From: an uncultured Armatimonadetes bacterium
GTDB lineage: Bacteria > Armatimonadota > Armatimonadia > Armatimonadales > Capsulimonadaceae
NCBI GenBank assembly: GCA_963795815.1
Contig: CAWCJD010000014.1
Coordinates: 118,122-182,121 of the forward strand
DNA length: 64,000 nucleotides
Reading direction: 5' to 3'
In this document: in pieces, positions 50,953-59,473 of the stretch
Numbering within the stretch: position 1 is the first letter of the stretch
How the letters are laid out: each line of letters starts with the position of its first letter
The notes under the pieces: model-generated
The model's database searches: none
What the model was told of the DNA's origin: nothing
Seen by the model: only the letters and a program-made list of their open reading frames with translations
Program-made: the position numbers and the translations under genes

Positions 50953-52720
50953 AATCGGCTACGGGCGGCGCAGCCTCTTTTCCAAGCGCTATGCCGATGC
51001 GGCGCGGCATGATGAGGCCAATATCCGCCACCTGCGGGCGGGCCTGGCCGCACGGATGCGCGATGTGGCCACGCTGCGGGCGCGGATCAGCGAGATGGAG
51101 ATGGCGCATGATGAGCGCAATGCCGAGGGCGAAGCGCTGCGTCGTATCGGCGAGGCGATGGGGTCATTGTTTGACCTGGAAGAGATGCTGCAGGCTGTGG
51201 CGGGAGTGGCCGTGCAGGTCACCGGCACCGACTCGTCGCAGGTTTACTTATTCAACGATGCCAAAGACACGCTGGTGCTGCGGGCAGTCGATGCCGGGTC
51301 GGAGCAGGATTTAGTGGGCAAAGTCAGGCTGAAAGTGGGCGAAGGCCTGGCCGGCTGGGTCGCGCAGCACAAAGAAGCGGTCGCAGTCGAGCGCGATGCC
51401 TATCACGACAAGCGCTTCAAGTTTGTGCCGGGCTTACAAGAAGACAAGTACGAAAGCATGCTCAGCGCGCCATTGATCTACCGCACGGAGATTATCGGCG
51501 TGATCAATGTCCGCACGATCAAGCCGCATATCTATACGCAGACCCAGGTGCGGTTTTTGCAGAGTATCGCGTCTCAAGTATCCGGGGCAGTCGAGAACTC
51601 GCGGGCCTACCGCAAGATGGAGCGTCGGGCATCGCAGCTATCCACGCTGTCCGAAGTGAGCAAAACAATCACCAGCGACCTGTATCTGGAAGAGATATTG
51701 CAATTAATAGTCGCCGCGACCGCCAAGTCGATGTCGTTCAAGATCTGCACGCTGATGCTGCTGGACGAAGACAAACAAGAACTGGTGATCAAAGCGACCC
51801 AAAGCGCCAGCCGCGACTACCTCAAGAAGCCGAATGTCAAGCTAGGCGACAGCATTGCAGGCCGCGCCCTGGCCGAAAACCGCACGATCACGGTTTATGA
51901 CCTCAAACGCTCGCCGGAATACGCGCAGCCCGAGTTTGCCCGCAAAGAAGGGCTGACATCGATGGCCTCCGTGCCCCTTTTGGTCAAAAACAAAAAGATC
52001 GGTGTCTTGAACTGCTACACCGACAAGCCGCATCACTTCTCGGAAGAAGAGATTTCCGTGCTGTCCGCGCTGGGCAGCCACGCGGCGATTGCGATCGAGC
52101 ACGGCAAGCTGATGGTCAAGTCCGCATTGATCCAGGAGATGCACCACCGGGTCAAGAACAACCTGCAGCAAGTGGCCTCCCTGCTGCGCCTGCAGCTGCA
52201 CTATGCCGGCGAGCGCAGTGTCGAGCAAGTCCTGACCGAAAGCCTGAATAGAATACTCGCAATCGCCTCTGTCCATGAACTTTTGTCCCGCGAAGATTTA
52301 GACATGGTCAGTGTCAAGAAGGTGGCTGAAAGCATTGTCGCGGCCACACAGCAAAGCGTGCTGGCGCCCGGCAAGCATATCCGCATGGCGATTGAAGGGC
52401 CGGATATCCTGCTGCCGTCATCCCAGGCGACTGCCGTGGCCCTGGTATTGAACGAGCTGACACAGAATGCCGTCGAGCACGGTTTTGGGGAAGGGTCCGA
52501 TGAAGGGGAAATTGCGATTGCGCTGGCCGAAGATGCCCATCAGGTCAGCCTGCGGGTGACCAACGACGGCACGCCGCTGCCGCCGAACTTCGATATCAAG
52601 CGCACCGACTCGCTGGGCCTGCAGATTGTCGAGTCCTTGGTGCGGGGCGACCTGCAGGGCAAGTTTACCTTGGCGAACGAAGGCGAGTGCACGGTCGCGA
52701 TGGTCGTGTTTGGGAAGTAG
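50918..52720 (+). CDS. GAF-GAF sensor histidine kinase, HisKA_2 type (PdtaS-like)
   Basis: ORF 50834..52720 trimmed to the ATG at 50918. It has two GAF-like modules, the H-box EMHHRVKNNLQQVASLLRLQ, and an HATPase region (NELTQNAVEHGF…DGTPLP…SLGLQIV). Confidence 0.8.
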   Translation: MKPKQNKSVPAKIGYGRRSLFSKRYADAARHDEANIRHLRAGLAARMRDVATLRARISEMEMAHDERNAEGEALRRIGEAMGSLFDLEEMLQAVAGVAVQVTGTDSSQVYLFNDAKDTLVLRAVDAGSEQDLVGKVRLKVGEGLAGWVAQHKEAVAVERDAYHDKRFKFVPGLQEDKYESMLSAPLIYRTEIIGVINVRTIKPHIYTQTQVRFLQSIASQVSGAVENSRAYRKMERRASQLSTLSEVSKTITSDLYLEEILQLIVAATAKSMSFKICTLMLLDEDKQELVIKATQSASRDYLKKPNVKLGDSIAGRALAENRTITVYDLKRSPEYAQPEFARKEGLTSMASVPLLVKNKKIGVLNCYTDKPHHFSEEEISVLSALGSHAAIAIEHGKLMVKSALIQEMHHRVKNNLQQVASLLRLQLHYAGERSVEQVLTESLNRILAIASVHELLSREDLDMVSVKKVAESIVAATQQSVLAPGKHIRMAIEGPDILLPSSQATAVALVLNELTQNAVEHGFGEGSDEGEIAIALAEDAHQVSLRVTNDGTPLPPNFDIKRTDSLGLQIVESLVRGDLQGKFTLANEGECTVAMVVFGK

Positions 52721-52728
52721 CAAAAGTC

Positions 52729-52914
52729 TCAGGCGGACAGGTCCATATTCTGCCCGAGGTTTGCGGGCAGGGACGCCAGCAGCTTGATATCCGTAATGGG
52801 GTCGTTGGTCAATGTCTCCGCAGGCGGGGGAGTATCACCTGGCGGGACAAGGGGAGAAACACCCCCGCTTGCGGCAATGCCGCCCACGGAAAGAATGGAA
52901 TTGGGAGAAGCCAT
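52729..52914 (-). CDS. small protein, YjfB-like putative motility protein (paralog 2)
   Basis: AAGGAA sits 8 nt before the ATG. 61 aa, with the C-terminal motif KLLASLPANLGQNMDLSA shared with the neighbouring gene. Confidence 0.4.
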   Translation of the reverse strand: MASPNSILSVGGIAASGGVSPLVPPGDTPPPAETLTNDPITDIKLLASLPANLGQNMDLSA

Positions 52915-52974
52915 GCGCGTGGTTCCTTAAAGACACGGGTACATGAAACGCTGCTGACGTAGAGAATACCAAGA

Positions 52975-53196
52975 CTACGCTTTGATGTCTACGTTCTGCC
53001 CCACTTTGGTCAGGCTTGCCAGAAGCTGGTTGGCGGTCAGGGCTTGATTGCTCACCGCGCCGATCAGCGCGGCAGTTTGAGTGTCGCCACCCTGCAATCC
53101 GGCGAGGATCGCGCTTTTGGTATTTTGTGAGGCCACGGCAACGCCCACAACAGGGCTGGTCGCGGCGGCCTGGCCGACAGTATCAATCAATGACAT
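52975..53196 (-). CDS. small protein, YjfB-like putative motility protein (paralog 1)
   Basis: AGGAG sits 8 nt before the ATG. 73 aa: …VVGVAVASQNTKSAILAGLQ…NQLLASLTKVGQNVDIKA. This resembles the YjfB_motility family ending (…LG.N.D..A). Confidence 0.45.
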   Translation of the reverse strand: MSLIDTVGQAAATSPVVGVAVASQNTKSAILAGLQGGDTQTAALIGAVSNQALTANQLLASLTKVGQNVDIKA

Positions 53197-53264
53197 GAGA
53201 GTGACTCCTGTTTCTATTGTGGCGTTTGATACGCACCGCGTTACCCGGAAATATGCGGGCGTTC

Positions 53265-53294
53265 TTGACTTACACTACCCAAACATGCTAAACT
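53265..53294 (+). promoter_or_regulatory. candidate promoter upstream of lysA
   Basis: TTGACT-18 nt-TAAACT. Confidence 0.3.
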
Positions 53295-53305
53295 TATGCC
53301 CGCAA

Positions 53306-53341
53306 ACCCGCGCTCACTTTGGTGAAGCGGGTCGTTTTTTT
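53306..53341 (+). terminator. terminator-like hairpin plus T7 inside the lysA 5' leader (possible attenuator)
   Basis: ACCCGC-gc-TCAC-tttg-GTGA-a-GCGGGT followed by CGTTTTTTT. It lies 55 nt upstream of the lysA ATG and downstream of the candidate promoter. Confidence 0.4.
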
Positions 53342-53395
53342 CGCCCGAGAACAGCCTAAAAAAAGAAGTATCAGAAGAGAGCGGGGAAGTTTGTT

Positions 53396-54736
53396 ATGCT
53401 GCTTGGAACCCAGCGCATTGATGCGCACGGGCATTTGGAGATCGGGGGCTGCGACACGGTTTCGCTCGCCGCTGAGTTTGGGACGCCGCTGTATGTGATG
53501 GACGAGACCCTGATCCGAGAAAACTGCCGCTCTTACAAAGCCGCCTTTGACGCGCTGTACCCCAAGAACGAGATCTCGTTTGCCACCAAAGCTTATCTCA
53601 ACATGGCGGTGTGCAAGCTTATGGCGCAGGAAGGCTACGGCCTGGATGTGGCATCCGCAGGGGAGCTGTATACCGCACTGCTGGCCGAATTCCCCATGGA
53701 AAAGACGCTGCTGCACGGCAACAACAAGTCCGAAGAAGAGCTGCAAATGGCTCTGGACGAAGGCGTGGGCCGCGTGGTTGTGGACAATGTCCGCGAGCTG
53801 CGCATGCTTAAAGAGCTTGCCCAGGCGCAGGACTGCACCCAGCGCATCTTCCTGCGTGTGACACCGGGGATCGACCCGCGCACGCACCGCCGTATCCGTA
53901 CCGGCCAGGAAGATACCAAGTTTGGCCTGAGTATTGCCAGCGGAGCCGCCCTGGAAGCCGTGCAGGAAGCGCTGACCTACGCGCCCCATGTCCAGATCAC
54001 GGGCATCCACTGCCATATCGGGTCGCAGCTTTTGGACGGCAGCACGCACGAACAGGCGATTGATATTATGGTGCGGTTCCTGCGGACGATTGCGGATGCG
54101 ACAGGCTGGTCGCCTGAAGACCTGGATATTGGCGGCGGCCTGGGTATCCGCTATGTCGAGGGACAGACACCGCCCACGCACGCCGAGTTCGCCCAGACAC
54201 TGATCAGTGCCCTGAACACCGCCCTTGCGAAGTACGAAGTCGCCCCCCCCACCCTGTGGCAGGAGCCGGGACGATCGCTGGTTGGCGAGGCGGGCACGAC
54301 GCTGTACACGGTCGGCGTGATCAAACAAGTCCCGATCCCCGACGCGCCCGGCACCAAGACATACGTGGCAATTGACGGCGGCATGTCCGACAACCCTCGC
54401 CCGCAGCTCTACGATGCCGTCTACGAAGTGGTGCTGGCCAACAAAATGAACGAGCCGAAGACCCAGACTGTCACAGTCGCGGGCAAGCATTGCGAGACGG
54501 ATATCCTGATCCAAGCCACGCAGGTGGGCGATGTGCAGTCCGGCGATATCCTCGCCGTGCAGAGCACAGGCGCATACAATGCCGTCATGGCATCCAACTA
54601 CAACAGGTTCACCCGCCCCGCGTGCGTGTTCGTGCAAAGCGGACAGGCCGACCTGGTCTCGCGGCGCGAGACACTTGACGATGTCGTGCGTCTGGATATC
54701 GTGCCCGAGCGCCTGCTCACACCAGGGGAAGCGTAA
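53396..54736 (+). CDS. lysA: diaminopimelate decarboxylase
   Basis: PLP-dependent group IV decarboxylase layout: …FATKAYLNMAV…, HCHIGSQ, EPGRSLVGEAG, and CETDIL…GAY near the C-terminus. 446 aa. Confidence 0.9.
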   Translation: MLLGTQRIDAHGHLEIGGCDTVSLAAEFGTPLYVMDETLIRENCRSYKAAFDALYPKNEISFATKAYLNMAVCKLMAQEGYGLDVASAGELYTALLAEFPMEKTLLHGNNKSEEELQMALDEGVGRVVVDNVRELRMLKELAQAQDCTQRIFLRVTPGIDPRTHRRIRTGQEDTKFGLSIASGAALEAVQEALTYAPHVQITGIHCHIGSQLLDGSTHEQAIDIMVRFLRTIADATGWSPEDLDIGGGLGIRYVEGQTPPTHAEFAQTLISALNTALAKYEVAPPTLWQEPGRSLVGEAGTTLYTVGVIKQVPIPDAPGTKTYVAIDGGMSDNPRPQLYDAVYEVVLANKMNEPKTQTVTVAGKHCETDILIQATQVGDVQSGDILAVQSTGAYNAVMASNYNRFTRPACVFVQSGQADLVSRRETLDDVVRLDIVPERLLTPGEA

Positions 54737-54742
54737 CACCCC

Positions 54743-55696
54743 ATGCCTGATGCGTGGGATTATTCCCAGCCTCGCCAAAGCCCCGCCGCGAGGCTGACGC
54801 AGCTCCCTCTGATCACGACAGCGCTTTGCGCGGCGTGTGTGATTGTCACGCTGGCATCCATGACCCCTGCCCTACTGCCCAGCCCTGCCTGGGCAAAGGT
54901 TGGGCAGATCGGCGCGATCAGCCCCGCCGATATCTGGGACGGGCACCTCTGGGGACTGCTGACACCCTTCTTCCTGCACAGCGGCATTGTGCATCTGGGC
55001 TTTAACATGCTCTGGCTGTTCGGCATGGGACGCCTGATGGAAGCGCGCCTGCACTCTCTTGTCTATGTGCTCTTTCTGGCTGCTGCCGCCGCTGTCAGCA
55101 CGGCATCCGAGATGCTGGTTTCGCACACGACCGGAATCGGGGCATCTGGAGTTGTCTATGCCATGATGGGGTTGATGTGGGCCGGGCGGGGCCGCTACCC
55201 GGAATGGCAAGCAATCGCGACCCGCGACAACCTGCGCATGTTCCTGCTGTGGGGCCTGTTCTGCATCGCCGCCACAACGTTCCATCTGCTCAATATCGCG
55301 AACGGCGCGCATGTCGGCGGCTTCCTGTTCGGCATTTCCGTGGGATGGCTCTTCGCCGCGCCCCGGCGTCAGCCACTGTGGGCCATCCCGCTCGCCGCCC
55401 TGCTTGCGGTCAACATCCTCGCCTTGACCTGGCAGCCCTGGTCATCCGAGTGGACATTTTGGAAGGCAGGGCATGAGCTGGACCGTGCGCACTATCAAAA
55501 CGCAGTCGGCTGGTACAAGCGTACTTTGTCGCAGGGCAGCGACCCGCATGCCGCCTGGTACAATATCGGTCTGGCATGGGAAGGCGCGGCCCGGCAGGCA
55601 CAGCGCCGCAAAGATCCTGCTGCCGCCCGGCAAGCCCACACGCAGGCAGACCAGGCCTTCCAAACCGCCGGGCCCGACACCGACGACACCCCTTAG
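54743..55696 (+). CDS. rhomboid family intramembrane serine protease with C-terminal TPR-like tail
   Basis: HSGIVHLGFNMLWL, the catalytic GASGVVYAMMG, and NGAHVGGFLFG. The helical C-terminal extension reads (…YQNAVGWYKRTL…WYNIGLAWE…). Confidence 0.85.
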   Translation: MPDAWDYSQPRQSPAARLTQLPLITTALCAACVIVTLASMTPALLPSPAWAKVGQIGAISPADIWDGHLWGLLTPFFLHSGIVHLGFNMLWLFGMGRLMEARLHSLVYVLFLAAAAAVSTASEMLVSHTTGIGASGVVYAMMGLMWAGRGRYPEWQAIATRDNLRMFLLWGLFCIAATTFHLLNIANGAHVGGFLFGISVGWLFAAPRRQPLWAIPLAALLAVNILALTWQPWSSEWTFWKAGHELDRAHYQNAVGWYKRTLSQGSDPHAAWYNIGLAWEGAARQAQRRKDPAAARQAHTQADQAFQTAGPDTDDTP

Positions 55697-55746
55697 TTCC
55701 ATCGCAATAACAACCCAGAAGCATGGTAAAATAGGCGCAGACCCCT

Positions 55747-56754
55747 ATGACAACACCCCCCAAAAAACGACTGCTTTCCGGCATGCAGCCCACTGGCGGC
55801 GGACGCCTGCACCTGGGCAACCTCGAAGGCGCGCTGCGCCCCTGGATCGCCCGGCAGGACGACTACGAGATGTTCTGCTTTATCGCCGACTGGCACGCCC
55901 TGACCACGGTTGCCGAAAAGAAAATGGATATTGCCGAAGCCTCGCGCCAGACCGCCCTAGACTTTCTGGCCGCAGGGCTGGACCCGGTCAAGTGCGCTAT
56001 CTTTCGCCAGTCCGATGTGAAGGAGCATGCCGAGCTGCACCTGCTGCTGTCGATGGTGACACCGGTGGGCTGGCTGGAGCGCGTCCCGACCTACAAAGAC
56101 AAGCGCGCGCTGGTCGGCGACAACGATACGCAGGTGTCGTATGGCCTGCTGGGCTACCCGGTCTTGCAGACAGCCGATATTATCATCTACCGCGCCCAGG
56201 CCGTGCCGGTCGGACGCGACCAGGCGGCCCATATTGAGATCAGCCGTGAGATCGCGCGTCGGTTCAACCGGATCGTCGGCGAAGACGTGTTTCCCGAGCC
56301 CGAAGCGGTCATCAATGCCTTCAGCGGCGAGCTGCCGGGGATTGATGGGCGCAAGATGAGCAAGTCTTACGACAACGCCGTGTATCTCTCCGACACGCCC
56401 AAAAAGACGCAACAAGCGATCAACAAAGCGTTTACTACCCCCGCCAAGGTCCATGTCACAGACCCGGGCGAGCCCGAAGGGTGTGTCGCGTGCCAGTGGC
56501 GCCGCGTCTTCGACCCGCAGAACTACCAAACACAGTGGGACGAGTGCCGGGCGGGCCTGCGCGGGTGCGGACAGTCCAAAAAAGAGCTGGCCGAGATTGT
56601 CAACGACAACCTTGCCCCGTTGCGTGCCCGCCGCGCCGAACTGGAAGCCGACCCGGGCTATGTCGACAGTGTGCTGATGCAGGGTGCGGAGCGGGCACGG
56701 GCCGCCGCATCGGAAACATTGACAATTGTGCGGCGCGCGCTTCAATTGACATAA
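55747..56754 (+). CDS. trpS: tryptophan--tRNA ligase
   Basis: LSGMQPTGGGRLHLGNLEGAL (HIGH-type) and KMSKSY (KMSKS). 335 aa. Confidence 0.95.
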   Translation: MTTPPKKRLLSGMQPTGGGRLHLGNLEGALRPWIARQDDYEMFCFIADWHALTTVAEKKMDIAEASRQTALDFLAAGLDPVKCAIFRQSDVKEHAELHLLLSMVTPVGWLERVPTYKDKRALVGDNDTQVSYGLLGYPVLQTADIIIYRAQAVPVGRDQAAHIEISREIARRFNRIVGEDVFPEPEAVINAFSGELPGIDGRKMSKSYDNAVYLSDTPKKTQQAINKAFTTPAKVHVTDPGEPEGCVACQWRRVFDPQNYQTQWDECRAGLRGCGQSKKELAEIVNDNLAPLRARRAELEADPGYVDSVLMQGAERARAAASETLTIVRRALQLT

Positions 56755-56861
56755 AGCCGGGTACACTATGGGCGTCAATTGTCGCAGACTTTATTTCGAG
56801 AGGAATATTCATTCCGGCTAGGCCGGGCGCGTCGCCTGCCGCTACATAAGCGGGCAATCGT

Positions 56862-58223
56862 ATGGAACCTCCCAGTAACGCCCTCTCAGGGCACCCCTTT
56901 CCTTGGCTTTTCCTGGCCCTGCTGCTTGTTGCCATCAACAGCTTCTTTGTGGCCGCAGAGTTTGCGCTCGTGCGCGTGCGCCAGACCCGCATCCTGGAGC
57001 TGGCCGAAGGCGGCAACCGCCGCGCGCAGTCCGTGCAGGCTCTGCTTTCCCGCCTCGACACCTATCTTTCGGCAACCCAGCTCGGGGTCACGCTGGCATC
57101 GCTCGCCCTGGGCTATATCGGCGAGCCCGCGATGAGCGGGGTGCTGACGCTCGGGCTGCATCGTCTCCATATCCTAACAACAGGTCATATCATCTCGGGC
57201 GTATCGGTGGCTGTGGGCTTTGTGCTCATCACGTCACTGCATATTATCTTTGGCGAACTCCTGCCCAAGTGGTGGGTCATTGCCCATACTGAGCAGACCG
57301 CCCTGTCGGTCGCCGCGCCGATGCGCTTGTTCCTGACCCTGGGCAAACCTCTGATCATGCTGCTGGAAGGCGCGGCAAAGACGATCGCGCGGCGCCTGAA
57401 GATCGAGCCGACCGACGAGCACGAGCAGGCGCATTCCGAAGATGAGATCTTAGCGATTATGGAGCACTCGCGCTCCAAAGGCGCGCTGCGGGCCAGCGAG
57501 ATCGAGATTGCGGACAACCTGTTTGAGTTCGCCCATACGCAGGCCAAAGAGATCATGGTGCCGCGTGTTGATATGCTGTGCCTGAACACCGAGTGGTCGG
57601 TGGGGCGCAATGTCGAGGTAGCGATTGAAAACGGCTTCACGCGCTACCCGCTGGCCGAGGGTGATCGCGACCATATTATCGGCATGGTGCATATCAAAGA
57701 CCTGCTGGCGATCGCGGGCATCCCGGATGCCGACCTGCACACGATCAAGCGCGATATGATCGCGATCCCCGAAACCAAGCCCATCGACGACCTGCTTAAA
57801 GAGCTGCAAAAGAGCCATGCCCACCAGGCAGTGGTCGTGGATGAATACGGCGGCACGGCGGGCATGGTGACATTGGAAGACATTATCGAAGAGTTGATCG
57901 GCGAAATACAGGACGAGCACGACAAGCCGCCCCCCTTGGAGAAGCTGGACGATATCGGCTGTTCCTACTCGGTCGCAGGCACGGTCGCCCTGGATGAAGT
58001 CGCGGAAACCCTGGGCTTTGTGATCGACAACCCCTCCGATTACGATACCATCGGCGGCTATGCCCTGCACGGCCTGCGCCTGCCGCCCCGGCATGGCGCG
58101 TCGGCCCGCCTGGACGGTTTCGATGTGTCCGTCTCCGATGCCACGGGGCGGCGCATCCGTCGCCTGTTGTTCACCAAGCACGATGCCGATGCCCCCGACC
58201 CGAAGGCCGCTGCCCTGTCTTAG
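56862..58223 (+). CDS. CNNM/CorC-HlyC family protein (DUF21 TM domain, 2 CBS domains, CorC_HlyC domain)
   Basis: N-terminal DUF21 pattern (INSFFVAAEFALVRVR…), a CBS pair (…IMVPRVDM…GMVHIKDLL…), and a C-terminus with …VVDEYGGTAGMVTLEDIIEELIGEIQDE. Confidence 0.85.
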   Translation: MEPPSNALSGHPFPWLFLALLLVAINSFFVAAEFALVRVRQTRILELAEGGNRRAQSVQALLSRLDTYLSATQLGVTLASLALGYIGEPAMSGVLTLGLHRLHILTTGHIISGVSVAVGFVLITSLHIIFGELLPKWWVIAHTEQTALSVAAPMRLFLTLGKPLIMLLEGAAKTIARRLKIEPTDEHEQAHSEDEILAIMEHSRSKGALRASEIEIADNLFEFAHTQAKEIMVPRVDMLCLNTEWSVGRNVEVAIENGFTRYPLAEGDRDHIIGMVHIKDLLAIAGIPDADLHTIKRDMIAIPETKPIDDLLKELQKSHAHQAVVVDEYGGTAGMVTLEDIIEELIGEIQDEHDKPPPLEKLDDIGCSYSVAGTVALDEVAETLGFVIDNPSDYDTIGGYALHGLRLPPRHGASARLDGFDVSVSDATGRRIRRLLFTKHDADAPDPKAAALS

Positions 58224-58438
58224 CGTGCAGCAGGAACCTCCCTCCTTGCTCTGCACTGGCACCCCTAGTATGCTTGCGCATTACTTCGTATCGCAAAGCC
58301 TCCGCCCTCCAGGTGCACCAGTGCGCTAGCGGGGAAAAGACCTGGAAGGGGACCGGCGGGCCGCAGGGTCCCTCCTGAAGGAAAGATAAAGAAGGCTTGC
58401 GATAACTGGGGACGTTCTCTTCTTATTCCCGCAAGTGC

Positions 58439-58471
58439 TTGACATCACTTAAACTATTCCCGTGCTATAAT
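58439..58471 (+). promoter_or_regulatory. extended -10 promoter (TGCTATAAT) for the paralog operon
   Basis: TGcTATAAT lies at 58463-58471, only 10 nt before the ATG at 58482 with no SD between, implying a very short or absent leader. A TTGACA at 58439-58444 is 21 nt upstream, which is too far for a canonical -35. Confidence 0.45.
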
Positions 58472-58481
58472 AAGAGCAGCC

Positions 58482-59438
58482 ATGCTTCGCCAGGAAGACC
58501 CACAGCCCACGCCGAGCACTCTCTCCGCCGCGCAGACACGCGTCACCCCGGAAGAGCTTGCCCACGCCCTCGCGGCCCTCGAAGCGCGTCGGCTGGATGA
58601 GACACGCTACGAAGAAAATACCATCCCCATCGGCCAGGCCGTGAGCGAGCTGGATATCGACGCCACGTCGGAAGAAGTGCTGGCGGAAGTGCTCGCCCAG
58701 CGCCGGGCAAAGGCCGAAACAGCTCCCCCTGCCCCGCCTGCCCAGCAAGCGCCCCCAACCGAAAAGCCGAAGCCGCCCCTCGCCCTGCCGCCTTTGCCGC
58801 CCCTGCACCAGACTGTCACCGATGCCCTGCGTCAGGCAGCCACTGCCGCCGCACCGGGCTTGAAACAAGCCGCTCTTGCCGCATCCCCCGCCCTCAAACA
58901 GGGGCTGGATGCGATCTCTCTGCATGCCAAGCAGCCCAAAGCTGCGAAGCCCAAATGGCGCAAAGAGTCCTGGGCGGCCTTCGGCATCTTCTTTGCCTTT
59001 GTCGGCATCGCGCAGAGCGGCCTGTTTAACCACCATTCTCACGCCCGTCCTGCGCCTCACGCGCGCCTGCTGTCGACGGTTCCCGACGGGCACGAAGTGT
59101 CTGCGGACACGGCCACAGTGCAGACGATTGGGCAGGGAGCTGCTCCTGCCACGGTCACCGTGTGGGATGGCGGCCCCCTTGCCAATGGCTGGACACTCGT
59201 CCGCCACGACAAGCACTGGTATGTCCGGGGCTATACCCTCAACAACCCCGACGCTGGCCTCCCCGCCGTGAAAGTCTACAACGACAATGATGCCGGTGAG
59301 CTCGAAGGCAAGCCTGAGAACGATGTCACCCTGCGCCTCGACAATACGCCGATCACGGATACCAATGCCGGTGACCATTGGAGCGAGATCGATATGGGCC
59401 CTCTCCACCCCGATCGCTACACGCACGAAGACTGGTAG
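58482..59438 (+). CDS. membrane-anchored protein of unrecognised family, paralog A
   Basis: 318 aa. N-terminal helical domain (TPEELAHALAALEARR…LDIDATSEEVLAEVLAQRR), a Pro/Ala linker, one TM (WAAFGIFFAFVGIAQSG), and a C-terminal domain with WTLVRHDKHWYVRGY and a terminal …HPDRYTHEDW. Confidence 0.7.
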   Translation: MLRQEDPQPTPSTLSAAQTRVTPEELAHALAALEARRLDETRYEENTIPIGQAVSELDIDATSEEVLAEVLAQRRAKAETAPPAPPAQQAPPTEKPKPPLALPPLPPLHQTVTDALRQAATAAAPGLKQAALAASPALKQGLDAISLHAKQPKAAKPKWRKESWAAFGIFFAFVGIAQSGLFNHHSHARPAPHARLLSTVPDGHEVSADTATVQTIGQGAAPATVTVWDGGPLANGWTLVRHDKHWYVRGYTLNNPDAGLPAVKVYNDNDAGELEGKPENDVTLRLDNTPITDTNAGDHWSEIDMGPLHPDRYTHEDW

Positions 59439-59473
59439 CCATCGGCCTGTGTCTCGCACCGGAGTGCTCCCTC

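Noticed and set aside
53197-53395. L-box lysine riboswitch upstream of lysA
   Set aside because: The leader between the candidate promoter and the ATG is only about 100 nt and lacks the conserved L-box helices. Only a simple hairpin plus T-run is present, and that is reported separately.
53294-54778. 494-aa minus-strand ORF
   Set aside because: It is exactly antisense to lysA, which has clear PLP-decarboxylase motifs. It has no SD and the composition of a GC-driven shadow ORF.
55697-55746. T-box leader upstream of trpS
   Set aside because: The intergenic gap is only 50 nt, too short for a T-box. trpS is probably co-transcribed with the rhomboid gene.
58439-58444. TTGACA as the -35 element of the paralog-operon promoter
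   Set aside because: It lies 21 nt from the TATAAT, outside the usual 16-19-nt window. The promoter call therefore rests on the extended -10 (TGcTATAAT).
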